Shown here piece by piece: positions 50,850 through 63,984 of a DNA stretch of 64,000 nt (the stretch's first letter is position 1; each line of letters opens with the position of its first letter). The DNA is from Octopus bimaculoides (taxonomy: Eukaryota). The translations under genes were made by a program, and so were the position numbers. The stretch lies in assembly GCF_001194135.2 (NCBI RefSeq), contig NC_068986.1, positions 95,451,530 through 95,515,529 of the forward strand, in the 5' to 3' direction. The notes under the pieces are model-generated. The model was not told the origin of the DNA, did no database searches, and saw only the letters and a program-made list of their open reading frames with translations.

Positions 50850-52080
50850 CAAAATGCAATGATTTAAAAATAAAGCAGCAACATGGAATATTAAAAAATA
50901 TAACATCTCTATCCAACCATCAGACGTACCTTAGCGACAATGCCTTATACTTAACTAAAAATTGAAAAGACTTCAGTGCATATAATACACCCTGGTATAA
51001 AAGTAATTCAGATAACAAAAGAGGAGACACAATTCCGCTGCAACTAAACTCCTTTATATCTTAAACAACACAGAACAACATACTCACATACTTCCTTCAG
51101 TTGACTAAAAAAAACTCAGCAGACATCTCGAACAATATCTATGTGTAAACAATTCCCCAACTCACCTCCAACCAACTATCACCACCAGACACACTTACGC
51201 ATCAATGAACCAAACAAAATCATTTTCGGAAACTTCAAAAGAAAACTGAGGAAATACTTCCAAGAAGAGATAAAATTGCAGTTCGTTGAATTCAGCAACA
51301 CCACGATCACAAACATAGACACTGCAGTACATACAAAGCAATAATTGTTCTAGCTTCTAAAAACAAACGAAAAATATATATTCCACAAGACAACATAAAA
51401 CATATCAACTAAATTGCACCAGTGAAGTAGCTAACCTGAGACAACAAATGCAACCAGCCAACACCCCAACACAACAGAAATACACGCATCAAACGACTAA
51501 GTATGGAAATAATTATACGGAAGAAAAGCAGAAAATTGGCAAAGATTTGTATCGGACACTAACAGTACATAACATGCAGTGATGTCCTATAGTGTACAAA
51601 GTAAATAACGGCGTCAGCAACACTAACAATGACTTTCACCACATTATCATATGTGACAGTTAATATAACCACATTGTAACAGAAAATAAGCTCACATAAT
51701 AAGCACTATTCTATAATATGTCGCCATAGGCTATACATAGAAATGGGAAACACAAAAGACAAGATTCATACCTTATACCAAGCCCTTAACCTTGAAACCA
51801 CCTTCTGTTAGATACTAGAAAAGTAATAGGATAATCCAATAAATCAAAAGTCTCATGACCCCACAAAATGTTATGCATACACGTAAAAGAGGCCAAGGAG
51901 CTGAAGCAGTTTTTTCACTCACCAACATGTTCAATGTACAAGCATACAAAAACTGCGAAAAGCCCAATGTTTGAAAACTGAGCAAACTTACAGCAATTCT
52001 AAACCCAACCAATGCAGCAGCGTACAAATCCACAACCGTCTATCGCATGTTCAAAAATACAAGACTAATTAGCTAAGATA
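50850..52080 (+). mobile_element. Heavily decayed LINE ORF2 (APE endonuclease plus start of RT)
   Basis: AATWNI (~50875), IIFGNFK and TNIDTAV (~51220-51320), LTNMFN...(W)KLSKLTAIL (~51915-51990). A/C-rich strand with many stops. Confidence 0.45.
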
Positions 52081-52599
52081 TTATTTTTCTAATCTATAAG
52101 ATTAATTCAAACAACTACACTGAACCTACCACACTACTCACAAATTGTTATATCAGTGGCGATATTGTCCAAATCCTCGTCGCCATTGATATGTCCCAAT
52201 ATGACGACGTATTTCGTCGTCTCTGCTGGACTGGTCCGAACGGCGTACCTTCGCCGATTGGCGTTACTGACTGTTCATTAGTAGTGGACCAACCCACTTC
52301 CCACCTGGAGGAGTCCTCCACAACACAAGCTATACTTAACAACTTCAACAATAGCGAAAATTACAAGCCCTACCCTAATTACCATCAACACTAACAAAGC
52401 TTTGGACTCAACTCCTTACTACCCAATTTTCAAAAAGCTAAGTAATACAAAAAGGAGTAGGTGAGACGGTGGATCCTTTCATTACATTGTCTATAAAGCT
52501 GCATATATTATGTGTTGTTACTGGATTCTGCATAGGTTTGACAGCTTAAGAGATCTTTTACATAACCTTATTTTGTAAATAATATAATGTGCCACCGTT

Positions 52600-53157
52600 T
52601 TCACTTTCAGATGTAGTTTGAAAGGTTTGTTGCATTGCCCCATCTATGTTCCTAAAGGAAAAGCTCTGCCATAAAACTCTATGGTGGACAGTTGCCTGCG
52701 TCTCTGGAGGTGGTCTGCACTTCACACAGAATGAATGACATCTACTTAGACATAAAAAATATCCCACTGGGTATGACCTTCTCATACAACTGAACAATGT
52801 TCGCCCATCTCATAGTCAAAAAACTGGGGGGGGGGGTTGTTTTCCCATTTGTAGTGTTGCAACTACCATAATGCTATTAAAAATAATGCGAAACGCTTGC
52901 CTAGAATCACGAACTTGGACAAGTTTTGTAATTTTTATTTGCATTTCTAAATTTATAGACCTGTGAAATTTAGTACCACGAAGTCTTTGAAAAAATAATT
53001 TAAATAAAGTTATTATCAAAGAAATCTTTATCATCCGCTTTAAGTGCTTATTAATTTCTTTATATTACTGTATGAATTGATTATCAATTTTATTTAAAAA
53101 GTTAAAAATATAAAAATCTTTAAACTGCGTAATTACTCCAACTTATGGTGGCCACTA
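52600..53157 (-). mobile_element. Possible Tc1-like 5' end
   Basis: TIR-like tagtggccaccataagttgga and a frameshifted MGKQ..DYEM.NIVQLYEK.HTQWDI HTH-like start. Confidence 0.35.
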
Positions 53158-53216
53158 TGTTTCTGTGTTTCTATGTGTATGCGCCTATACATATGTATAC
53201 CTATGTGTGTGTGCGA

Positions 53217-53250
<34 letters not shown>

Positions 53251-53404
53251 GTACATGCATACAAATATATATATATATACTAGATGATAAAGCGAATCGT
53301 TTACACCTGGTAGCTTACTGGTAAAGCATGGTCACTTTCACAGTGATCGTTATGTATATGGTAAATGAAAGAAGGAAGATGGAATATACGAGAGTTTATT
53401 ATTA

Positions 53405-53512
53405 ATCACGACAATCGTTTCGATACATCTAGCATCGATCCCTCACGGGTGGGACACTCAACAGCTGGTTCAGGAGCATCCAGAGGTGCAGATGTCCGTC
53501 TCGTCAGGTGAT
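53405..53512 (-). ncRNA. Type I hammerhead with intact core and a 79-nt branched stem II domain
   Basis: atcac-CTGACGA-[ga..acatct ... agatgt.tc]-GAAA-c(gatt)g-TC-gtgat; predicted cleavage between 53410 and 53409. Confidence 0.8.
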
Positions 53513-54755
53513 AAATAGACACAACTCGTTAAAATAACAGTCCTGCAATGTATTTTCTCATTTCGTAGAAAGAAAAGCAGGCAAACGAAGGAAATATCTT
53601 CATTTACATAGAAGATCAAAAATAAAATCACAAATGCAAAAAAGAAACGAACACGCAATACAGCAAGATAAGTATTAAAAATAACCGTTAACAAATATAG
53701 ATGTATAAACGCCCTTGCGCAAGCTGCATGGCGCGTGTACACTCGCTGGTACAAGCATCCGCGTAAGTGTAAGCATACGCTCACATGTGATTTGGTGCAC
53801 TTACGATCACAAGGCGAGTTAAATAGCTACTTGGTGTTTATAAGAATGGGGAAGTTAAAACTAAACTTAATTCATCCATACCTTAAAGTAAATTATGTTA
53901 ACAGTTACTCAAATTCATTCCCACTGCATTGTACGAAAGTACATTTATATGCGTGTAGGCATGTTGAGAGTCTTTCAGAAATTCTATTAATGACCTTTTC
54001 ATTAGTCAACAGAATAGACAGGGTTTCCTCGGAGCAGGGACGGCATCTCCTGGAAATGATATTGAATGGTTTCATGTGCTTTACTATGTTACGCTGTACT
54101 TAATTTTATCCTCCTTCAGTCGCCATAAAAAATCGGCCAAAGATGTTGAATGTCTCTTATTGATTGTCTTAAAGCTGGCGACATGGTTACGATAGCGATT
54201 CTTAAATGAACCCGCCGTCTGCCCAATGCAAATATACGGCCCTCCCCTTGCGTGTACGGTACATTTATATACAAGATTTGTACTCATGCAGAGGTTTATC
54301 AACGGGCATTTTGATTTATCTCTGCATGAGCATTTATCATATTTATTTGTATATAAGGCAATTTCAACTCCTTTTACCGACTTTGTTACCGTGTTAGCTG
54401 TATAATAAGCATTTCTACTATTACAATTTGGCCGTAATTGGTGTTTTTCATTGCGGTTTACATCTCTTTCGTTAGTATTTAGATGCGTATGTTCGCTAGA
54501 TCCAATAGGTGGGTTATTGAACCTTTGTCGCATTTTACTATTGTTTATTCGATGCATAAGCTACTCTAAATTAGCAGAGTTGGCGTAGAATACCTTCACG
54601 GTGTGTCGATTAAAATAGCATGATATCGATTAGATTTAGGAAAACATTTGTCCAAAGCGGCAAAAAGTTTTCCAATGATCATGGTTGAAACATGCGAACC
54701 AAAAATCGGGTTGAACCAGAGAGCATCCTGATCCCTATATCTGTTGTGTCTATTT

Positions 54756-54861
54756 ATCACCCGATAAGACACATATGCACCGCCTGGTGCTCCTGAACTA
54801 GTTGTTGAGTATCCCACACGTAAGGAATCGATGCTAGATGTGTCGAAACAACTATCGTGAT
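54756..54861 (+). ncRNA. Degenerate inverted copy of the branched-stem-II hammerhead
   Basis: atcac-CCGATAA-gacacatat...agatgtgtc-GAAA-caacta-TC-gtgat; core and stem III mutated, probably inactive. Confidence 0.7.
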
Positions 54862-54961
54862 TAGTAATAAATTCTCGTATATTCCATCTTCCGTCTTTCA
54901 TTTACCATATATATATATACACTGTGTGTGTCAGAGAGAGAGAGACAGACAGAGACAGAGG

Positions 54962-55040
<79 letters not shown>

Positions 55041-55664
55041 ATTAATATTTTGCCCCCAAAATATATTTTTAGTTTTGTTTCCGCTAAAGATGTATCAAAG
55101 CAAAGAATGTTATAAGCGGAATCGTCTTAGAAACAATTTATCTGGAATCCCAATGTAGAAATGATTTTCGTTCAACATGAAAGGAAGATAAAAGAAAGGC
55201 AGAAAAGAAGAGTGAATTAGAACTGAGGCAATATGTATTTAAGTATGAAACCATTAGCTATTCTATTTAACTATAAGAAGAGATATCGTCTTAATCAGAT
55301 ACACTGAATATATTTCAGTCATATCTGTTCTAGTGTAATACATTTACCATGCATTGTTTCTGAAATGTATTTTTAGAGAAAAGCAGACGATAAATTAAAA
55401 TAGCGTTCGATATAAAAAAAAATGATTCAAAGCGTTGTGTAGGCGGGTAGGATAATAAGATGAAAAAATCAGTTCGGTTGAAATAATATATTCAAGATGA
55501 AGTAATTACGGATATTAAATAGAACGAAAATGGACGAATATAGATAGTTGGGTGTACGGGAATGGAGACAATGCAGAATAGAATGGTATATTTACTTAAT
55601 TAGATATAATTATTCTTTTGGCCTTGCACAATGTCTATCTTATTCGTTAAAGAAATTGAACTTA

Positions 55665-55706
<42 letters not shown>

Positions 55707-56504
55707 TTGAGAGAGAGAAAGAAAGATAGAGAGAGGGAAAGAGAGAGAAAGCGTACATGGGTATAAGGGAGGTGGAGTTACTTCAACTACAAGAAAAGAG
55801 ACGAATGACAAAAAATGCTTCCATTGTTATTTGAGTTCAAAACTATAGGAAGCACCGAACTAAATACTCTAAAATATCAAGCACGAGTCACTAGCTTTCA
55901 ATGTCTCTATTAGTATATTCACCTGATCAAATGAAGACAAGCTTTTCCGATCAAGACAATAAATTTTGATTACCAAATAAAAAGACATAAGATGTAAAGC
56001 AAAAAATAATCCTATAGTGAAACCACCGAATTACCAATATTATTTATTTCAAAATTTATTTTTGCATGGTCGTTTCCAGTCGCTTTCTCGTGATACCATA
56101 GGAAGATTTGAATTTTAGTCTAGTAATTCGCCCATGGTAAGAAATATATCAGCTTGGTAGAAGACTTTTTAAGTTAGATGATCTTAACGTTGTGAATAGA
56201 AATTTACGTAGGCACACACATACACTTACACACAGACACACTCACATGCACTCACGCACGCGCGCCAATTAACAAACACAGAAAGAGAAAGAAAGAGTTC
56301 TGTAACATCACAGCAAAGCAGAGTCTGATGAATGGAACGGGTGAACTCTGATCCGCGGTTATTTATTTCAATGTAGTGCTTTCTCAAAACAAGGTCCTGC
56401 ATCACAAGACAGAAATATCAACAAAATATCAAACGTAAAACAATAATATTGTGACAAAATCTAAGAGAATATCACACATACAGTTCAAGACTGGTGTATT
56501 AGCT

Positions 56505-56700
56505 CAATCGTTAGAATGACGGGCAAAATTGCTTTAGGGGTGTTTAATGTCATACTTTTACATTCTGAGTTCAAATCCGCCTGAGGTCAAATTTTACCTT
56601 TCATCTTCCCAGTATCGATAAACTAGTGCGTCAGTCAAGCACCGAGGTCTATTTAATCAATAATAGTCTCTTCTCTTTGCCTCTGTCACAAATGTGCGAC
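56505..56700 (+). mobile_element. Degenerate SINE family A
   Basis: ttctgagttcaaatccgcctgaggtcaaattttacctttcatc. Confidence 0.65.
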
Positions 56701-57745
56701 CTTGGACCTTTCTCATAAATCGATATATTACTAATAAAAAAATATCGCCAAAGCGGAAACGATTTCGATACACGTTTTTATTTCATTATCTGTTTCTTTT
56801 TCTCTTGATCAAATGATCTCTCTTCTTTCATCCTCCTCTTCAGTTACCCTCTCCTCCTTCTTCAATGACCTTCCTCACCCACCCTCCTTCTTTCTCATCA
56901 CCTCCCCTTTCGCTGCCTTCTTCATCCACTTTCTTCACTCTCATTTCTCTGTTTCTTTCATCTTCATTCATCCAACTTCTTTCAGTAGGTTCAGTACGGC
57001 CGAAGGATTAAGAAATTTGTTTCGCAACCAAAACGTTCCGCTTTCGATCCCATTGCGTGACATCTTGACCAAATATCATCTTCTACCACTGCCGGTCGAC
57101 CTCTACCCTGCGAACGAAACTAATGGAGACGGAGACTGTATAAAAGTTCATCGGGTGGATTGTACCTGTAATTCGAAAGGTGCAACCTTGTGGCACACCG
57201 TGTGCCACGAAGATTCTATCTGAGAATCACGTTAAGGGTGTAGGTGTCCAAAAGATCGTCAGCCATTTACTCGTTAACTCAGGAACAACTTATTCAATTC
57301 ATTGAACAACTGATTTCACCCATTTGAACGACATTTTTTTTTCTCTGTTACCCATAGATACCTGTGGATAAGATGCGCTTTTAAATGTTTAAATATAACA
57401 AAAAATTGCCATGCGTCTAAAGCGACTAAATTATGTATGGGATACCGAATGTGTGAGTGCATAATGAAGCATTATTAAATTTGTTTNNNNNNNNNNNNNN
57501 NNNNNNNNNNNNNNNNNNNNNNNNNCACAAAAAGTAGGGCTTTGTCTATATAAGGATGCATCTTATAATATCTACCGCCTTCATCCCTCTTTCAACCTTG
57601 CCATCATCCTTGTTTTCCCTTCTTCTTCTTCTTCTTCTTCTTCTAATTCTTTTTCTTCTCCTACTCTTCTTCCACCCCTTCCTTGGACAACACCATAACC
57701 CATTCTCTACTGCAATCACTTCAGTTATCATCTATATATATATAA

Positions 57746-57777
<32 letters not shown>

Positions 57778-57821
57778 TCCTTAAGTAACGAGAAGATGGA
57801 TTTGGCATTAATCTTTATTTT

Positions 57822-57916
57822 GTACAACGGTCGTTTCGACCCTTCCTGTCCCTTATGGGTGGGACTCTTTTCAACATGTGTTGCATCAACTTTGCAGTCT
57901 GGGTCTCATCGGGTAC
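57822..57916 (-). ncRNA. Third branched-stem-II hammerhead with a divergent sequence
   Basis: gtac-CCGATGA-gaccc[...tgca/tgca..caac/gttg..gtccc(acccataa)gggac...]gggtc-GAAA-c(gacc)g-TT-gtac. Confidence 0.75.
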
Positions 57917-58046
57917 CTCTATACATAAAGGCATGTGTCTCACAAAAGGTCCTGAGTTTTGGCTGCCATGTTGTTATATGACCGTCTGGTTAGGGAATGA
58001 AGCATCACTACAATATTCTATTACTATTATCTTTATTCGTGGAAGC

Positions 58047-58320
58047 ACATGGCCTAACTGATTAGAGCAGCGAACTCGCGGTCGAGTGATCGCAGGTTCG
58101 AATCTCAGACCGAGCGATGCTGTGCTTATGAGCGAAACATCTAAGCTCTACGCAGCTCCGGCAGAAGGTAATGGCGAACTTCTGCTAACTCTTTCACCAC
58201 AACTTTCTCTCAATCTGTCCTCCTGCATCTAGCAGCTCACTTGAAACGGGCCGGCGTCCCGTTCAGGTGGAGAACCTATACGCCAATGAAACCGGGAAAC
58301 CGGCCCTTATGAGCGAAAGA
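58047..58320 (+). mobile_element. SINE family C-related head with a different tail
   Basis: tggcctaactgattagagcagcgaactcgcggtc..ggttcgaatctcagacc..tctttcaccacaactttctc. Confidence 0.7.
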
Positions 58321-58578
58321 ACAAACAACAACATTATCTTTATTCAATAAGTGTTTCAAATATCTGTAAATATATACAAATAATTGTTGATTAAAAAACA
58401 AAGTTCTTAGGGGAAGTCAATAGATGGATAGGGATGGATTGAGTTGCTTGGAAGCAAAATGTGTAGAGTGCGATCGTCTCAAAAAGAAGATAGGGTTTCA
58501 GCTGCACAGGGCCTCCTTGGTCGTGTCGAGGAAGGCGGAACCTTTTTGGAAACGGTCAAAACAGCTGACGAATCGTGG

Positions 58579-58622
<44 letters not shown>

Positions 58623-58942
58623 TAGGGGTATTATGAATATCTGTGTGTCTTGCCTCAATTTATATGTAAATTCATGGATGGCATGGCAGTAGATGCCTCT
58701 TTTTATATATACACGTTTGTATGTGCGCGCGTATCTGTGTGTTTGTATTTGTGCCAACCAGCACTTGATAACCAGCGTTGGTTTGTTTTCGTCTCCATTA
58801 TTTAGCAGTTCGGCAAATCGAGCCGATAGAATAAGTGCCATACTTGAAAATATGTGCGAGGTTCAATTTTTTCGATTAAAACCTTTAAGGCAGTGCCCCC
58901 GTAGAGCCACTGTGTAATGACTGGAACACGTAGAAGATAAAG

Positions 58943-58986
<44 letters not shown>

Positions 58987-59939
58987 GTTTTGTCAGAACA
59001 GAATACTTGAGAGATCTGTCGTATGGACTTGTGTTGCATAAAAACCTCGTAACTATTTCGTTGACAAACCAGAACCANNNNNNNNNNNNNNNNNNNNNNN
59101 NNNNNNNNNNNNNNNNNNNNNNNNNNNNNNNNNNNNNNNNNNNNNNNNNNNNNNNNNNNNNNNNNNNNNNNNNNNNNNNNNNNNNNNNNNNNNNNNNNNN
59201 NNNNNNNNNNNNNNNNNNNNNNNNNNNNNNNNNNNNNNNNNNNNNNNNNNNNNNNNNNNNNNNNNNNNNNNNNNNNNNNNNNNNNNNNNNNNNNNNNNNN
59301 NNNNNNNNNNNNNNNNNNNNNNNNNNNNNNNNNNNNNNNNNNNNNNNNNNNNNNNNNNNNNNNNNNNNNNNNNNNNNNNNNNNNNNNNNNNNNNNNNNNN
59401 NNNNNNTATATATATATATATATCATGTGCGACTGGGCGAGGTAAGCAGCTGTATATTTATATATTTCTGCATTGTGTTCGTATATGAATATGTGTGTAA
59501 ATCTCTCTGTGTGTGCAGCATATGTACATGCGTGATGAACATGATGTACATCTGATGAATATTAATAGGTATATAATGAGACTGAAGTATAATAATTTCT
59601 AAGAAATGACATATTGGCCAGAATGTCATATTAAAATTGTTTTAATTTTGATCGCCATCTTTTCTTACACCACAACCTCAAACTCTCCCCACCTACAAGA
59701 GGACGTTTATATTGTCACTTGACTTGCTAGAAATAGCAGCCAAATCTCTTGTAGATTACAAACTGAAAAAATTGAATGATACACTGGATTGTGATGTCTA
59801 AGTGATAACATATCTGATAAAATATGATGTGGTCTTGGCCTGAATTACTTTCGATCATAGGTTTCTTCACAATAGCAACAACTCTAACAGCAACAGCAAT
59901 GACGCAAACTGTGATCTGTTGCCATGGGCAGTAATTTGG

Positions 59940-61050
59940 CAGAACCATTAGAGCGTCGAACAAAAAACCTTATGCGGTATTTGTTTTGGCTCTTCACATT
60001 CTGAGTTCAAATGTCGCCGAGGCGTTAGTCAAATATTGAATCGATTTCATCGAATAACCTCTCCCCTTGAATTTATGGCATTGAGCTTTTGTAAGAAACG
60101 ATTTTTTCATCAAGCAACAATCGAACGTGGAAGATACGACGTGGTCGCTCCCAGAAATAGCAGTCAAATCTCCCTCGAAACACACACCAACGTCTTCAGA
60201 AAATAAAGGACACGTCGAATAATGTAGTCGTTGATATTTTTTTAACATGGTATTTTCATGTCAGAAACGCTTTCGACCATAAGTTTACCCAATCAGGGTA
60301 TAAATGACACTGTCTTCTGCCCACCAAATCCCGATTTCTTATAAATTGTTTCATTACCACAAGGTATTATTTTGTTTATGTATCGCTTTGTCCGAATTTA
60401 GTAACGTTCTTCTGTTTACATTCCAAGTTCAAATCCTGCTGAGGATAATACTAGGGGGGTATAATCGATATATCCTTTCTCTTGTACTTATATTTAAAAT
60501 CAATAATATATATGTATAGCCACGGATCAGAGTTCATCCATTTCATTCATCAGGCTGTGTTTTGCTGTAATGTTACAGAACTCTCTCTCCCCCTCTCTCT
60601 CTCTCTCCCTCTCCCTCTCTCCCCCTCTCTCTCTCCCTCTCCCTCTCTCCCCCCTCTCTCTCCCTCTCTCCCTCTCTATCTCTGTCTCTCTCTCTCTGCT
60701 TATTAGCTGGTTCGCGCGTGTGTGTGAGTATGTCTGTGTGTCCGTGTAACTGTGTGTCTACGTAAATTTCTATTCACATAAGATGTCTGACAGAATTGGA
60801 AGAGCGCTAATAATTTCTTCCGGTTCCTTACATTCCGAGTTCAAACTCCACTGGGATCGATAAAATAAAGTACCAGTAAAGTACTGAGATTCGACTTAAC
60901 TGACTAAGCCCTGCCGACTAAATATGTGTCCTTGCGCCTATGTTAGAAATGATAGTTCTTTACAATTATCTTTACTTTCTGAGATCAAATTCTGCCAGGA
61001 TCGATAAAATAAGTAGCAATCAAGTAATGCAACAGAGATGTAACGTCACG
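59940..61050. mobile_element. Several degenerate SINE family A remnants
   Basis: ttctgagttcaaatgtcgccgagg (~60000), ccgagttcaaactcc..gatcgataaaataaagtaccagt (~60835-60880). Confidence 0.55.
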
Positions 61051-61692
61051 GAAAATTGTGGTACGGTCGATTATTCCTAAGCTTGAAGTCATTACTATTA
61101 TTAAAATGCATATGAACAGTGGTATCATCACCATCATCACCACCATCATCATTATCATCGTCGTCGTCATCATCATCATTATCATCATCATCATTATCAT
61201 CAACACAATTATCATCGTCATCAACTTCATCAACTTCACTATCGTCATAACTCATTATTTCTATTAACCGTCGTCTTTCGATTTCTCCGACTTATCCTCA
61301 TCATCATCGTCGTCGTCGACGTCGTCACCATCCTCCTCCTCCTCATCATCATCATCATCATCATCATCACCATATCAGCATCATCATCATCATCATCATC
61401 ATTATTATTGTTGTTGTTGTTGTGTGTGTATGTGTGGGGGGACACTTAATATTTTTTACACCTTAAGAGTAGGAAGTAGATTTATGTGAAGGAAAGTGTA
61501 TTTCATATCCTAGTATTCGATAAAAATTCTTCATGATCGCAATCATTTTCATCATCATTATCCTCTTCAACATCATCATCATCAACGCCATTATTATCTA
61601 TGATAATTTTCTGAAAACAATGCTGTATTATGATAATAGAAATGCGTATCGAATCTCCGCGCTATTCTGCAATTACTACCTATTATCTATAT

Positions 61693-61746
<54 letters not shown>

Positions 61747-62044
61747 GCGTGCGTGTGTGTGTGTGTGTGTGTGTGTGTCTGTGTCTGTGTCTGTGTCTGT
61801 ATGTGCGCGTGCGCGCATGTATGTATATATAAGTAGTTTGTAGCATGCTTGAACCATTGCGGTATGTGTAGATTAGATGTTTGAAAAATCGTATGAGCAA
61901 TGCAGAAGGGTTATGTAAAATATGTAGGGTGATGTCAGTGAAAGAAAACAACCTTTCATAATTCATTTTTTTAATGATCCTATAATATTTCGGGAAAAGT
62001 TCCCCTTTTAAACTAGAAAAGAGTAATCAAAGATTCAGAAGAAA

Positions 62045-62397
62045 TGAGTTGTGTGATAAAAGGTTAGCTTTCTAACCACATGGTTCCGGCTCATCCCTAT
62101 TGTGTGGCGCTTTGGAAAAGTGCCTTCTACTATAGTCTTGGGCTGACCAAAGCCTTGTGAATGGATTTGGTAGGTATAAACTGAATAAAGTTCGTCGTGT
62201 TTGTGGGGTGTTTGTGCCCACCACCACTTGACAACTGGTATTGGTTTATTTACGTTCCCATAACTTTGCGTTTCAGCAAAAGATATCAATAGAATAAGTA
62301 CCAGATTTAAATAAAATACGAACTGGGGTCGATTCATACGACTAAAATTCCAGCATGGCCGCAGTCTAATGACTGAAAGAATTAAAAGATAAAAGAT
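62045..62397 (+). mobile_element. SINE family B, older full-length copy
   Basis: ctaaccacatggttccgg head through cagcatggccgcagtctaatgactgaaagaattaaaagataaaaga tail. Confidence 0.85.
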
Positions 62398-63853
62398 AGT
62401 TTTTAGGTCTTAACGCACCTTTAGGCATCTGCTGCTTGTATTTATGCGGTGTAAAGATATAATAGTGACGAGGAAATAGAGACTTTTATTCGGGACTCCT
62501 AGCGAACTCTGTTTCTCTAGATAATTTTGAAATTCTATCTGATTGCACTATCGATAATGACTTAACTACTTTAAAAAAAAATGTTTTCATTCAGCCGGTA
62601 ATTGAAGACGTAGTCCGATAAAAGCTCACCATTCGTAAACAATTAACCACAGAATCTGTTGATGATACCCTATTATCTCTTCAGAAACGTAACTTAAACT
62701 TCAAAAGCACACTATTAAATTATAAGGAGACGAAAATATTCGCTATTCATTCATAACTGAAATCTTTTATACTCGTTTACGGACAAGTCCACGACTTCAG
62801 TCGCAGTTCAGGATTGTGTTTTAGAAATAGACATAAAAGAATCTCAATTTCAAATATATGATTTTGCTTTTAACATAAAATAATGTAATAAACTCCACAA
62901 AAGTGGCTAAAGAAGAATATTTGAATTTTGAAACAAATGTCTTAAAGAGATTTCTCCTTTGAAGTTTAATTTTGTCGAGATCAAAAGAGTTATTTTCGTA
63001 GGAATTTTTTGAGAAATGATCGCACCTAATGACTATTCACGTAATACTAATTCAAGTCAGCTAAGTAACCGGTATTTTACCATTTTTATGTTAATTACCT
63101 CTGGCAGCACACGTGCTTCACTCCTGGTCCTTCAGGACAGCGATGCAGGTGACTGAAGTTATTCTTTTTTTGTATTTACCCCATCATCTCATGCACAGCA
63201 AAATCTCAGTGCCCTAAGCTCCTAAGGGATTCACTCATACATGCAAAAAAAAACAAGGCCTGCAACGCCTGGAGAAACTCACCAACTATTCAAAACCAAA
63301 CGATATTTTCCCAGTAATGTACCTTTTGCAAGAGTACGACCCAACGCACATAGGTTGCCCTTCGTGCATAGTACGGCACTCAAAGTACAGCCATGCATTC
63401 CGATCCTTCTTAAAAGAATCTCTATCAGCTTTACAGAATCCGATTTTCCTCCACTTCTCAATAAAAAAAACTCTGTAAACAATATTCCTGTGGAGAAAGT
63501 ATTTGTAGCGGAGCCCCTGCTGAGTTTTGAACCCCCGCTCTGAGATTTTTCTAACTCGGGATCACGACCAACTAAATTGCCATAAAAGGCAATGGGATGC
63601 TATCAAAAGGCATTAACACCTACGTGAACACCTACGAAATAATGAAAGACAAAGTTGACCTCGGCATGATTTGAACCCAGGAAGGAACGATTACAGCAAA
63701 GCTATCCAGCTAATGCTCTTATGACTCTGCTAGTTGACCACCACTACGCACACATACATACACACACACACTCATAAAAACTCATACAAACAAATACGCA
63801 TATACACACAGAAAAGCCACACAGACACATTCACACACTTTCGCGCATACATG

Positions 63854-63924
<71 letters not shown>

Positions 63925-63932
63925 ACATATGT

Positions 63933-63984
63933 GCTTCCACACAAACTTACCCTATATGAATATAGGGTAAGTTTGTGTGGAAGC
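63933..63984. other. Perfect 24-bp hairpin with a 4-nt loop
   Basis: gcttccacacaaacttaccctata-tgaa-tatagggtaagtttgtgtggaagc; imperfect pairing extends to 63924/63993. Confidence 0.9.

Larger units (their letters stand above)
53356..54910 (-). mobile_element. Second 5'-truncated Penelope-like element (RT thumb/linker + GIY-YIG, coding remnant ~54735-53905) with ~170-bp inverted pLTRs (53356-53525 and 54743-54910)
   Basis: LWFNPIFG..IIGKLFAALDKCFPK, CSCRDKSKCPLINLC..LVYKC...CIGQTAGSFKNRYRNHVASF..STSLADFLWRLK, RCRPC..CLH. The Cys pattern differs from the PLE at 36-38 kb (Naiad-like by my recollection, unverified). Confidence 0.9.

Noticed and set aside
53905-54400. Selenocysteine recoding in the second PLE endonuclease
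   Set aside because: The conserved Cys positions I read (CSC..CPL..C, CRPC, CLH) use TGC/TGT rather than TGA, and I saw no SECIS-like AUGA/GA stem.
56813-57000. Glu/Lys-rich minus frame and Phe/Ser-rich ORF
   Set aside because: A purine/pyrimidine-skewed low-complexity tract with stops.
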